A stretch of 64,000 bases of DNA from Eledone cirrhosa. Taxonomy: Eukaryota. The notes under the pieces are model-generated. The model ran no database searches. It saw only the letters and a program-made list of their open reading frames with translations, and was not told the origin of the DNA. Positions 26,229 through 39,019 of this stretch are shown in pieces. Location of the stretch: assembly GCA_964016885.1 (NCBI GenBank), contig OZ024758.1:7006001-7070000 (forward strand). Reading direction: 5' to 3'. The position numbers and the translations under genes were made by a program. Within the stretch, counting starts at the first letter, position 1. Every line of letters begins with the position of its first letter.

Positions 26229-28596
26229 GGTTTAAATTAATTCTATAATCCCAGATAGGGAATGAACTTATAACTTCACAATGGAAATTTCAAAGCCGAG
26301 CGCTCCACCAAAATAAGCCACCTACTCGGAAGAAATTGTTTGTGGTTAGACCTGGGGAGGGATATACTTTGTCAGTTTTAAATGCCGAGATTAAACTTTC
26401 TTATATGGAAAAACTATCTCAAGGGCTTAACATGAAATATTTAGATACTTAAAATTCCACTTCACATATTGAGCTAACTATTCAGTTAATCATTTTGTTT
26501 ATATATGTGTGCCATCATCATCATCATCGTTTAACGTCCATTTTCCACTCGAGCATGGGTTAGACAGGTTATCCTGTTTGCGGTAAGTTGGGTCAGGAGA
26601 CCAGTCTTGCCCACACAGAACCGTTTCTGGCTTGGTTTCTAAGGATGGATGCCCTTCCTAACACCAACCACATTTACAGTGTGGATGGGGCATTTTTTGT
26701 CATGGCACCAACACAACCACTTTACAGTGTGAACTGGGTACTTTTTGTTGTGTCACCAACTCAACCACTTTACAGGTTGGACTGGGCAGTTTTTGTCATG
26801 GCATCAATACGACCACTTTAAAGTGTGGGCTGGGCACTTTTTGTCATGGCACCAAAACGGCCACTTTACAAAATGGATTACAAAAATCTAAGAAGTTGTA
26901 TAAACTTTAGGAAAATAGAGAAATTAACAGCTTTAAATAATATAAAATTATAAAAGAAATTCAAACTGCTTTTGAAACAAAAATTGACACAAAAAGAGTA
27001 ATTTTTATTACATGTTTATAAACAAATTTTAAGATAAAAGAAATGATGCATTCATAAATGTATATTTATATAAATATTATCTGTTATCTTAAGAAATGCA
27101 TAAATAAGGTCAATTGATTTGTAAGACTAAGCTTACCTTTCTTCTCTTTCTCCCCATAAGATAGATAAATAGATAGATAGATAGAGACGTTCAACTGTTA
27201 ACTCAATGACAAACAGTTTCTCTATAACACCAGCTTATCTTCTTTCTATCCCTCTCCTTTTAAGGAAGCGAGAGAGAGAGAGCTCTACAGTTCACCAATA
27301 ATCTCTCTTGTGCTGGTATCAGGAAAAATGGACCCAGTACACCCTGTAAAGGGATTAGCAATAGGAAGGGCATCTCACTGGGGAAATCATGCAAAATAAA
27401 ATGGTCGATATGACTCTTCAGATGTGTCAATGACACAACAACCTCTCCACTGTTGGTGATTTACTTGATAAATGCACTCAATACATACTGTAAAGTGGTT
27501 GGTGATAGGAAGGGCATCTAGCCATAGAAAACTTGCCAAAAAAGAGTTGTGAGGACTCTTCAGCTGTGTCAAAGATATGGAAACCTCCCTAATGCTGGTG
27601 CCATAATAAAACAATCTTCATAGAACATGGGGATGTCTGTAAGCGAGATGCAGAACCTTGGCCTGAGGTTGGTCTCTGGGCTTCTGTACTGACTCTGCCT
27701 GCTGAGATCTGTCTAACCCATGCTAGCAGGGAAGATGGATGATGATGATGATGATGATGATGATAATAATGGTTTCTTATATAGGCACAAGGCCAGCAAT
27801 TTTGGGGGAGAGGGGAACGTTGATTAAATCGACCCCCCCCCCCCCCCCCCAGTGCATTACTGGTTGGTACTTTATTTTATCGACCCTGTAAGGATGAAAG
27901 GCAAAGTTAACCTCGGCGAGATTTGAACTCAGACCGTAAAGGGCCGTAACTCTATGCTGCAAAGCATGGTGTCCGACCCTGTACCAATACTGCCAATCCA
28001 CCGCCGATAATAATGATAATAATAATGATGATGGTGATGGTGATGATGATGATGATGATGGTGATGGTGATGGTGATGATGATGGTGATGGTGATGATGG
28101 TGATGGTGATGGTGATGATGATGGTGATGGTGATGGTGATGGTGATGATGATGGTGATGGTGATGGTGGTGATGGTGATGATGATGGTGATGGTGATGAT
28201 GATGATGATGATGGTGATGATGGTAATGTCTGTACTTCCTGCAGCTCTGTGGTTCTTGTTTACTGGCCAACATGACTCAGCCAACAGATGAAGTATTTTA
28301 ACTTTAGGCTCAAAACTCATCATTATCATCATTTAACATCTGTTTTCCCTGCCAGTAAGGGTTGGACAGGTCTACATAGACCACGTCAGTATTGAAGCAG
28401 GGCTACTGACCTCCATGACAAACTGAGGGGTCTATATCTTGCAGTCATATTGAGTGCAGAGAAGTTGTGTCTCTTAACACAAACTGAAGGGTTCTTCTAA
28501 CCTCTTGTTTGGCAAGCTTTCTACAGCTGGGTGCCCTTCATAACACCAACCACCTTACAGCATGTACTGGCTGCTTTTATTGTGTAGATCAGTAGC

Positions 28597-29573
28597 CAGA
28601 GTTGCTGAAGCATGGAACAAACTACCTGCATCAGTTGTTAGCTGTTGAGACACTGCATCCTTTAAAACCTCCATGGAACAAACTACCTGCATCTGTTGTT
28701 AGCTGTCGAGACACTGCATCCTTTAAAACCTCCATGGAACAAACTACCTGCATCAGTTGTTAGCTGTCGAGACACTGCATCCTTTAAAACCTCCATGGAA
28801 CAAACTACCTGCATCAGTTGTTAGCTGTCGAGACACTGCATCCTTTAAAACCTCCATGGAACAAACTACCTACATCAGTTGTTAGCTGTCGGGACACTGC
28901 ATCCTTTAAAACCTCCATGGAACAAACTACCTGCATCTGTTGTTAGCTGTCGAGACACTGCATCCTTTAAAACCTCCATGGAACAAACTACCTGCATCTG
29001 TTGTTAGCTGTCGAGACACTGCATCCTTTAAAACCTCCATGGAACAAACTACCTGCATCAGTTGTTAGCTGTCGAGACACTGCATCCTTTAAAACCTCCA
29101 TGGAACAAACTACCTGCATCTGTTGTTAGCTGTCGAGACACTGCATCCTTTAAAACCTCCATGGAACAAACTACCTGCATCTGTTGTTAGCTGTCGAGAC
29201 ACTGCATCCTTTAAAACCTCCATGGAACAAACTACCTGCATCAGTTGTTAGCTGTCGACACACTGCATCCTTTAAAACCTCCATGGAACAAACTACCTGC
29301 ATCTGTTGTTAGCTGTCGAGACACTGCATCCTTTAAAACCTCCATGGAACAAACTACCTGCATCAGTTGTTAGCTGTCGAGACACTGCATCCTTTAAAAC
29401 CTCCATGCTTCCTGAAATTCGCCAACACTACACCTGATATCCCCCTCCATACACACGCACACATGTATGTCATGACTCATACACTGTTCACTTTCCTGAC
29501 ATTTGTACATTATTCTATGTACTATACATGCACCTTTGATGAGTTGTAGTGCACCTGAGCACTGTACACAATA
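28597..29573 (+). mobile_element. 3' end of a CR1/L2-group LINE whose ORF2 terminus is expanded into a 61-bp array
   Basis: RVAEAWNKLPASVVSCRDTASFKTSM matches the WNxLP...SFK C-terminal motif; the 3' UTR recurs inverted at 24305-24408. Confidence 0.7.
28611..29407. repeat. 61-bp tandem array, 13 copies
   Basis: Unit catggaacaaactacctgcatc(a/t)gttgttagctgtcgagacactgcatcctttaaaacctc. Confidence 0.95.
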
Positions 29574-30421
29574 GTTGGCAGTATCGGTAGAAGGTCGGAC
29601 TCCATGCTTTGAAGCATAGTTACGGCCCTTTATGGTCTCAGTTCAAATCCTGTCGAGGTTAACTTTGCCTTTCATCCTTACAGGGTCGATAAAATAAAGT
29701 ACCAGTAATACACTGGGATAATTGCTGGCCTTGTGCCAAAAGTAGAAACAATTATTATTATTATTATTATTAGGATTGTGTCATGTCCTTGAGTGCAGAG
29801 GAGAAGTTGTGTCTCTTAACACAAACTGAAGGGTTCCCCTTACTCGTTGTTTGGCAGGCTTTCTATGGCTGGATGCCCTGCCTAATGCCAACTTCTTTAC
29901 AGCATGTACTGGGTGATTTTATTGTGTGTGTCACCAACACAAGGGAGGTTGTCATGTTCTTGACACAACTAAAGGGTCCTCCCAACCCTTTGTTTGCCAA
30001 ATATTCTATGGTTGGATGCCCTTCCTAACACCAACCACTATGGAACATCTAGTTGGTAAGTTAACTAACAAATTTTTAACTGTTAGTTCTAATCACACAC
30101 ACACAAAGCACAGGTGCACACATACACATATTCATACACACACAGACAAAACACACACACACATACTCATACACAGACATACACATACTCATACACACAG
30201 AGACAAAACATACACACACATACACAAAACACATATACTCATACACATAAATACATATACATACTCATACACACACACACCACAAAATAAACAGACACTT
30301 AAGCAAATAATAATATCCTTGACCCCACAATATTCACCTTAAAACTCTATCAATAACCAACAACTTATTTGTTCCCTCTATTCCGATGTCATAGAATTAG
30401 TGAGATATCTAAGCTACTTAC

Positions 30422-30545
30422 TATGTTAGTAAACGCCTTCTGTCCACTTTGCGCTTCTTTAGCTTCTTACTTTTCTTCTTCTTCTTCTCTTTCTTAGTTG
30501 TCTTCTTTTTTTCTTTTATCCTTCTCTTCGATTTTTCAATTTGTT
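30422..30545 (-). CDS. Candidate Lys-rich exon of a transcript divergent from MEGF8
   Basis: Minus strand reads ttttatataacag|...|gtaagt. Only one frame is open: QIEKSKRRIKEKKKTTKKEKKKKKSKKLKKRKVDRRRLLT. Confidence 0.4.
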
Positions 30546-30944
30546 CTGTTATATAAAATTCCTTAATTTTTAATATAAATATATTACCATTCTTGAACCC
30601 GATAAGTGATTGATTACTATATTATTTCTTAATGGTTTAAAGTTTTATCGATAATGCTAATTGAGAAAATAATAAATCAATTTATAATTGATAAATATAA
30701 TTTTAAAAAATTGCTTTTGTTTCAAATTAAACAAAATACTAGTTGTTGTTTCTTTTAAAAAATATAAGAAAGTGAACGAAAATGAAAAATGGGAAACAAG
30801 TAAAATTGACTTTATAACGAACTGAAATTTCGTTTTTCGTTGATATACATTCCAGTTTTATTAATACCCACTTGTCAGTGACAATGTCAGCGACGGATGT
30901 TATGTCCAATAGGTGAAAACCATAACCAAATTTACTCATTATAT

Positions 30945-31067
30945 ACTCACGTTTCCTTTCTATTTTGATTGTCCTAATTTATGGGCAATCTATTAAACTC
31001 GTTGTCTGCGGACAGAGGTTGCATACATTTTATCGGAAGTGTCTCTCTACCAGAGACTTGAAATGAG
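30945..31067. promoter_or_regulatory. Probable MEGF8 promoter / 5' UTR, possibly bidirectional
   Basis: Repeat-free, CpG-containing stretch just upstream of the MEGF8 ATG; ETS-like CGGAAGT at 31034-31040; minus-strand donor GTGAGT at 30945-30950. Confidence 0.4.
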
Positions 31068-31311
31068 ATGGCGACCTTGGCCAACGAAGCGAAAGCTGCA
31101 ACATCAACACGTTCTTCTTATGCGCCAAGTTTCTGGACAGTTTTGAGTTGGTGCATAGGATTGGTAATATCAATTTTTACTAGCCCTGTCTTTCCTGTTC
31201 ACCATTATAGACAATGTAGAGGTAGGAAAGTACTTAATGATTCTTATGGAATTATCACTGATGGACCTGGTAAATACCCCACTGAGACACATTGCGAATG
31301 GCTTATAGATG
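31068..31311 (+). CDS. MEGF8: MEGF8 coding exon 1 (signal peptide and start of CUB domain)
   Basis: Hydrophobic segment followed by CRGRKVLNDSYGIITDGPGKYPTETHCEWLI, matching the MEGF8 N-terminal CUB as recalled; donor G|gtaagt, phase 1. Confidence 0.92.
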
Positions 31312-32267
31312 GTAAGTAGTTTTATTACATTTACTAAATGATTTATTATTAGCTTTATTTGATTCTTTCCCATTCACCGTTTGTTATGTAGCTTTAATTA
31401 TATAACTGTAGTTATGTAATTAATATTATTATTACTGTGGCCTTTTAAAATCTACCAGCAGCACGATCTATCAATGCATCACTTATAAAAACATTAATTT
31501 AATAGTGCGATGTTAGAAAATCTGTGAAACAGAAATTACTGTTCGAGAGGCACCCCAACTATTCTCTCTTTCCACCCTCTCCTCTTACATTTTGATATGT
31601 TATTACTACTACCGTCAACAATAACATTATATGTAACATTGGTCATAATGTCTACAATATTCCACTGAGTTCCAGCCCATATAGGAATAGCCACTACCAC
31701 CATTGCTACGGCTGTATCTTATATTTGCATCATTGATTGCGGGGATGCGACAATGTCTCTGCTATTGATATCTTCCTATTGCTGATCAATCAGAGACGAA
31801 ATAAACTCATTTTAATCTTATATATTTATTTTCCATTCTATTTTCTAGCTGTCTCGAGTTAAACTTATAAAAGCATGGAAACATTTCACTAGAGTAAAAT
31901 AATAAAATTTATTCATCGCAAATTATTAATTTTTCATTCTAGTATAGCGTAACTGTACATCCATTCCCTTTAATTTACAAGCACGAATAATATATTGAAT
32001 ATATATGTGCGTGTTTATATATCTATATATCTATCTATACATATATATATCTATATATCTCTCTCTATATATATATAGGTTTCAAGAATAAAGAAGACAA
32101 ACTCAGATGCTAAATCGCAACCTTATTAGGTCGATATATATATATATATACATATATGTGGGTGTGTGTATGAAATATACATGTATATAAGTTTATATAA
32201 ATGTATATTTCTTTTCCATTTAGATATTTGATAACATGTATATTTCATATTTATTTATGTGTACCCC

Positions 32268-32299
<32 letters not shown>

Positions 32300-32410
32300 T
32301 TATATATACACACGCACAGATATATCGACTGCTTATGTATATGTGTGTGTATCTGAATGTATATATACACATAATTACACATACATACAGGCATTAATTA
32401 TATAATTGTG

Positions 32411-32447
<37 letters not shown>

Positions 32448-33079
32448 GCATGTGTATTATATAATTATGTAGATGTGTATATAGTTGTGTATATATAGGA
32501 AAAGTAAACGACAACAACAAGGAGTATAGTAACGAAAGGTGTTAACGATTAGGTTCACGCTTGATATATATATATATATACGCATGTGTATATAATTATG
32601 TAGATGTATATATACGCATGTGTATATAGTTGTATATATATATATATACATATTATACACGCATGTGTATATCTATAGCTATTTTTCTCTGTGTCTATGT
32701 GTATACATTGTAAAGTGGCATTACCGATGCCATGATGAAATGTACCCATTCCACTTTAAAGTGGTGGTGATGGTGCCACAATAAAGTACACCCAGTACAC
32801 TCTGTAAAGTGGTTACTACTAAGAAGGGCATCCACCGAAAATGGAATGTATGCGCAAAATGTCATCTGACCTGTGAAGTATCAGAACATAACAACCCATG
32901 CTGGCATGTGAATTGGGCGTAAAACTGTGATGATGATGATGATGATGATGATATCACACTCACACACACACACGGGGCTGACTGAATACACACGTGCTAT
33001 TTCTTAAAAATTATCTTTCTTTTTCTCCCACTTCTCACTATCCTCTATCTTTCTATTTCATCTTTTATTTCTTGTTCTA

Positions 33080-33115
33080 TCTTTTGATGAACGATCAGTG
33101 TCTGAAACGTCAAGA
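33080..33115 (+). ncRNA. Degenerate minimal hammerhead motif (TTGATGA) in MEGF8 intron 1
   Basis: tctt-TTGATGA-acgatcagtgtct-GAAA-cg-TC-aaga; alignable with 2156-2191 including flanks. Confidence 0.45.
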
Positions 33116-33160
33116 CTCTTCGTTGTACCGTATTGTTTGCATTTACTTTTAACATTCATA

Positions 33161-33206
<46 letters not shown>

Positions 33207-33452
33207 AACATAAAAAACAACAGAGGAGTACAAGTTACGAAAGATATATATAAATATATATATTTAATTACATAATAAACAACAGAATATAATTATTCCA
33301 TCACCAAAGGTTTCAGGAGACTAGACGATCCTTACAGAAACGTTCAGTTTGTTCTTCAGATTAAAGTTATGCTATTATGTAATTAAATAGCTCTCTACTA
33401 TACATAGAGCACTCTTCTCTTTACCTTTTTCTATGGAAATACTTAACACATA

Positions 33453-33495
<43 letters not shown>

Positions 33496-33775
33496 TCATC
33501 ATCACCGTTTTACGTCCGTTATTCCACGCTAGCATGGGTTAGACGGGTTGTCCTGTTGTGGGCAGTGTCTGGTCGGCTGACCATGCCTTGCTCATACAGG
33601 AACTGATTTGGCTTGATTTCTACAGCTGGATGCCCTTCCTAACACCAACCTCATTTACAGTGTGTGCTGGGTGCTTTTTTGCCATGGCACCTCCACGACC
33701 ACCTTGCGGTGGGGGGTGTGGGGGCATATTGTCTATATGCTTCAGCTTGTACCCATGGGAGGTCGGGTACTCTGC

Positions 33776-33806
<31 letters not shown>

Positions 33807-33844
33807 ATTAAATAAATGGAAAACTATATTTATAAAACCATATC

Positions 33845-33910
33845 TATTTCATTATATATATTTCGGGGATATCATATTAACAATATGCTATGCCTTCATC
33901 AGACAAAATA
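33845..33910 (-). ncRNA. Type I hammerhead ribozyme motif in MEGF8 intron 1 (antisense)
   Basis: Minus strand: tattttgt-CTGATGA-aggcatagcatatt(gtt)aatatgatatcccc-GAAA-t(atat)a-TA-atgaaata; stem I kept with G-U pairs; flanks homologous to the 6293 copy. Confidence 0.72.
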
Positions 33911-35547
33911 CAATATAAACAGTTTTATAGATAAATATATTCGACATACCGTAATAAACATCAACTTCATTTGAAGAGGTTTACTCTAGCAGTAATTTTA
34001 AATATAACTTTACATATATATATATATATATATATATACTCATATATATATATATGAGTGTATGTGTCTTAATCTCCTGTAACTTAATGGTTCAATAAGG
34101 AAGAGATTGATAAAATAAATAGTGGAGTTGGATATAATCATCTAAAGCAAGGCAATGTCCTGGTATGGCTGCACTCAAACGACTGAAACCAGTAATAGAC
34201 AAAAGTAAAATAATATGTAAATATATATATATCATAATCATCGTTTAACGTCCATTTTCCACGTTAGCATGGGTCTAAAAAAAAGTCTAAAGTCTGCCTT
34301 AAGCCAGAAGGCTCATTTGGCCGGTGCTTATCCCGGTTTCATGGCGTGAAGTGACTGAGAGTACAAGACTCCCCCCTGGACAGGACGCCAGTCCATCGCA
34401 GGGTTAAACCTCCAGCTATTGCTGGTACTCATTTTCAGCTGAGTAAACTGGAGCAACATGAAATAAAGTGTCTTGCTCAAGGAAACAACACATCACCCGG
34501 TTCGAGAATTGAACTCACAACCTTTTGATTGCAAGCCTACTGCTCTAACCACTAAACCATGCGCCTTCACGCTAGCATGGGTAGGACGGGTAAAATTCCA
34601 ACCGTGGCGCCAAGCGGTTGTAGCTTGTGTGTTCAAGCCTGTTCAAGGGTGGGTTGCTGATCACAAGCTAAAACCACAGTCAGGATTTTACATATCTCTA
34701 TACTCACTCTGCATTGAGTACTTCCATGATTAGTGCTCTCCTCCATCTCAGCACTGCAGACTCTCCCTATATATATTAGATAGATAATGGGTAGGTTCCT
34801 GATGGGTATCGGTATGTAAAACCAATTCAGTTGAAAAAAGGTCCTCTATACATTAATAGAGTATAGGCATCATTATTTTACGTCCCTTTACAGTCTGAGT
34901 TCAAATCCCGCCGAGGTTAACTTTGCCTTTCATCCTTATGGGGGTCGATAAAATAAAGTACCAGTAATGTACTGGGTAATTGCTGGCCTTGTGCCTAAAG
35001 TAGAAACAATTATTTTACAGGAAGATATCTATATATGGCACCCAGTCCACACTGTAAAATGGCCATGTCAGCAACACGACAAAAAGTACCCAGTCCACAC
35101 TGTAATGTGGTCATGTAGGTGACACAACAAAAGGTGCCCAGTCCACACTGTAAAGTGGTCATGTCAGTGACACAACAAAAAGTGCCCCGTCCACACTGTA
35201 AAGTGGTCATGTAGGTGACACAACAAAAGGTGCCCAGTCCACACTAATGTGGTCATGTAGGTGACACAACAAAAGGTGCCCAGTCCACACTGTAAAGTGG
35301 TCATGTCAGTGACACAACAAAAAGTGCCCAGTCCACACTGTAATGTGGTCATGTCGGTGACACAACAACAAACATCCAGCACACTCTGTAAATGTGGTTG
35401 GTGTTAGAAAGGGCACCCAACTGTAGAAATGAAGCGAGAATCAGCCCTGGGTGAGCAAAACACGGTCCTCTGACCTGGTTCCCTCCCAAAGGGGCAACCC
35501 GTCCTACCCATGCTAGTGTGGACAATGGAAGTTAAACAATGATGATG

Positions 35548-35581
<34 letters not shown>

Positions 35582-36121
35582 CTATATATGTATGATATAT
35601 ATATATATATATATGTGTGTGTGTCTATATATGTACATTATGAAATCAAAATATAGGTCAGATAATGAAAAGCGAAGACAAATTCATTTACGAAACAATA
35701 ATACAAACAAATATTGTTGATTGCATTGGACAGGTGAAAAAATGTTTGTCAGAGAAGTTGAGTGTTGCTATAAGGGAAAAAATAGAACCCCCATTAGGGT
35801 GTCTTAATATTATTGAAATTTGCTGAAATTTTGTGAATAGGCATCATATCTTGTCATTTACCTATGGTTTAAATTTCATATAAATCGAAGGGAAAACATT
35901 TTCAGCGGGGGTTTTGTGCCTCGGGGGAACCCTTTGATTAAAATGAAATATACTTATTCAAGTACCCTGGCCAATGTAGTTTCAGAATATATATGGTTAT
36001 GGGGGTCTACCTCCAAAACCATAGGAGTAGTTCATGAAATCTTGTTCCATTTATTGGCCAAAATTTTCACTATAGGGGTGTGTGTGACACAGACCACGCT
36101 GTAATGTGGTCGTGTAGGTAT

Positions 36122-36671
36122 CACGGTAAAAAGTTCCCAGTTCCACACTGTAAATGTGGTTGGTGTTAGGAAGGGCATCCAGCTGTAGAAAACCTGCCAG
36201 ATAGTCCTATATGAGCGAGACACGGTCACCCGACCAACCTTGCCTCAAGTGGGACAACTCCTGTCTAACCCATGCTAGCGTGGAAAATGGACGTTAAACG
36301 AAGATGATGATGATGATGATGATGATATGTATAAATATAATACAATATGTAGAAAAGATAACACACCAGAGAGAGAGACAGTGCACCATCAGTCAAACAG
36401 GTTTGACTGATGGTGCACTGTCTCTCTCTCTGGTGTGTTATCTTTTCTACATATTGTATTATATTTATATATATCATCATCATCATCATCTTCGTTTAAC
36501 GTCCATTTTCCACGCTAGCATGGGTTAGACAGGAGTTGTCCCACTTGAGGCAAGGTTGGTCGGGTGACCGTGTCTCGCTCATATAGGACTATCTAGCAGG
36601 TTTTCTACGGCTGGATGCCCTTCCTAACACCAACCACATTTACAGTGTGGAACTGGGAACTTTTTACCGTG
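36122..36671. repeat. 550-bp near-perfect palindrome in MEGF8 intron 1
   Basis: Arms of about 275 bp meet at aaac-ag-gttt (36399-36400); three substitutions and one (CAT)n length difference seen. Confidence 0.95.
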
Positions 36672-36742
36672 TTACATTCTCCTTTGAGCACATTAATGAC
36701 AGGGAATAGCGAGAGTCTATGGCTCCATTAATTTATCGTGTT

Positions 36743-36775
<33 letters not shown>

Positions 36776-36929
36776 GTCATATGCATATATATATAATTAT
36801 ATATATATAAACACATTGAATTAATTCTGAAACTACTTGGCAATGATTTACTGTCATATATAATTCTCTACATACATTTCAATTCTGTATATATATTTTT
36901 ACCATTGCTATATATATATATATATATTC

Positions 36930-36992
<63 letters not shown>

Positions 36993-38030
36993 GGTGTGTT
37001 CACAACAGTATCCTCATTTTTGCATTCGTTTTTCCATGCATCATTGAACTGCCTTGTCATCTCTGCGAGTCTCAGTGATTTGTGATGGGCTCTTACCAGT
37101 CCTGCCCAGGTTTTCCATGGTCTACTTTTACTGTGGATTCCTTCCACTGGGATTTCCTGGCACTTCTTCACCCAGCAATTATCATCCATGTGCATCACAT
37201 GACCATACCAATGCAGTCTACTCTCTTATACACCACTTCGGATTCCTCTTAAACCCAGTTTTTTCTTCAGTCCATCCAAGCTCTGCGTTTCTCTCACATT
37301 TACTTTGCATATCCAATTAAGCATGGTTGCCCCATTTCTCTCCAGCCTACACATGTCCTCTGCATTCACTGCCCATGTTTCACTACCATGCAGCATCACA
37401 AATTACACACTGGCATCATACAGTCATCATCCTAAGCTAATTGGGTCACCTAGATTGCAGAAGCTATCACAGCCTTGGATCAAGTTTATATCACCGTTAT
37501 TCCCCTAGGTTACCCCTGTGTATCTTCTACATACAAAGTCTTCCCTTCCTGTTAGTTTATCTGTTATTCCACTAAATCTCTTGTATACCCAAGATTTACA
37601 TTGTGTACATTGTATAGAGTTTGTGCCTACTCCATTACTACATATTGAACAAGGCCACTTCTCTGAAGGAATCAGAGTCTTATCTTCTTTCCTAATTACT
37701 AACACTTTAGTTTTGGCTAAGTTTACTCACAGCCCTTTTGATTCCAAATTCTGTTTCCGCAGTCAGAACTTATTCTCTAGTTCTTTTATGGATTTGGCTA
37801 TAAGGACCAGATCATCCACATAGAGAAGTTTCCATGAACAGCCAGTTTTAAACTCCTCTGTTATGGCCTGGGGAACTGTGATGAATAGTAGTGGGCTAAG
37901 AACCAAACCCTGATGAATTTCTACCTGTACTGTGAATTGCTCACTAAACACACTTCCTACTTTCACTTTACTGACAGCTCCTCTGTGCATGGCTTGCTTT
38001 GCTCTCACAAGCCATTCCTCTACACCTAAT
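36993..38030 (-). mobile_element. Decayed RTE-clade LINE reverse transcriptase fragment
   Basis: QGLVLSPLLFI...LLYVDDLVLIA (YADD-type motif), WPCSIC...C..C.SWV zinc-finger-like segment and C-terminal RPWKTW; frameshifted. Confidence 0.85.
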
Positions 38031-38578
38031 TTTTTTTATTCTCAGCAAATAACAACAGTTGTCGAGAATAAGTAAGTAACTATGTCACTACTTTAAAATC
38101 CATAGCGAATGGTCTTCAAAATGTTTTTAATTAAACATACAATATACTATACATACATTATATATATATATATATATATATGGGCATTGTGTGCAGAGGA
38201 GCTTGTGGAATGTCTCTCTGTTGACCACTGGCTGCTGGTCTTTCTCCTCTGAGGCATTTTTGCCTATCGCTGTCTTTGACAGCATTTAGCTGTCTTAACA
38301 GCTGTTCTAGTAATGAGTTTTCTAATTTTTATATGTATGTATGTAGTAGCTTGTTCCCTTCCTCTCTACGGTTAGCTTTCCTCTTTGTTGTTTACTTGTC
38401 TCACTCGCTTTACGCGTTTTAATTGTCCTAATAACTTAATTTAGTTATTATTGCACCGACGTGAGGTATATGATTTTTAATGCAATGAAATATCTATGAT
38501 CGTCGGCAAATCACTGATGAGGGACTCATTTTATAACATGTTATCCATGTGCAACCTGCAGTATTCTTCTCCCCATTT

Positions 38579-38622
<44 letters not shown>

Positions 38623-38672
38623 GCTCTGTACATTACATGGATCTATTTCTTTGCTAACTCTTGGCACTATAA

Positions 38673-38714
<42 letters not shown>

Positions 38715-39019
38715 TTATAGTGCCAAGAGTTAGCAAAGAAATAGATCCATGTAATGTACAGAGCCAAAATATGTTATATGAATAAAATGTCAACAGAAAT
38801 GCATGGTACCTAAGGTTTCAAACTTCAACCAGTATAGGACATAGATATTCTGTCTGTTAGTTTAGTTATCATTAGTTTTGCCTGATGATAACTAAATTAG
38901 CAGACATAGAATATCTATGTCATATACTGGTAAAAGTTTGAAACCTTAGATAGCATGCATTTGTGTTGAGATCTTATATATATGTATATGTGTATATATG
39001 TGTATGTGTATATGTGTAT

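Noticed and set aside
27929-28332. Poly-His, poly-Ile/Thr and poly-Met ORFs
   Set aside because: (GAT/GGT)n microsatellite.
28611-29407. CRISPR-like array
   Set aside because: No spacers; the unit is derived from a LINE ORF2 terminus.
38514-38560. CTGATGA core on the + strand
   Set aside because: No matching GAAA/UH half or stem I.
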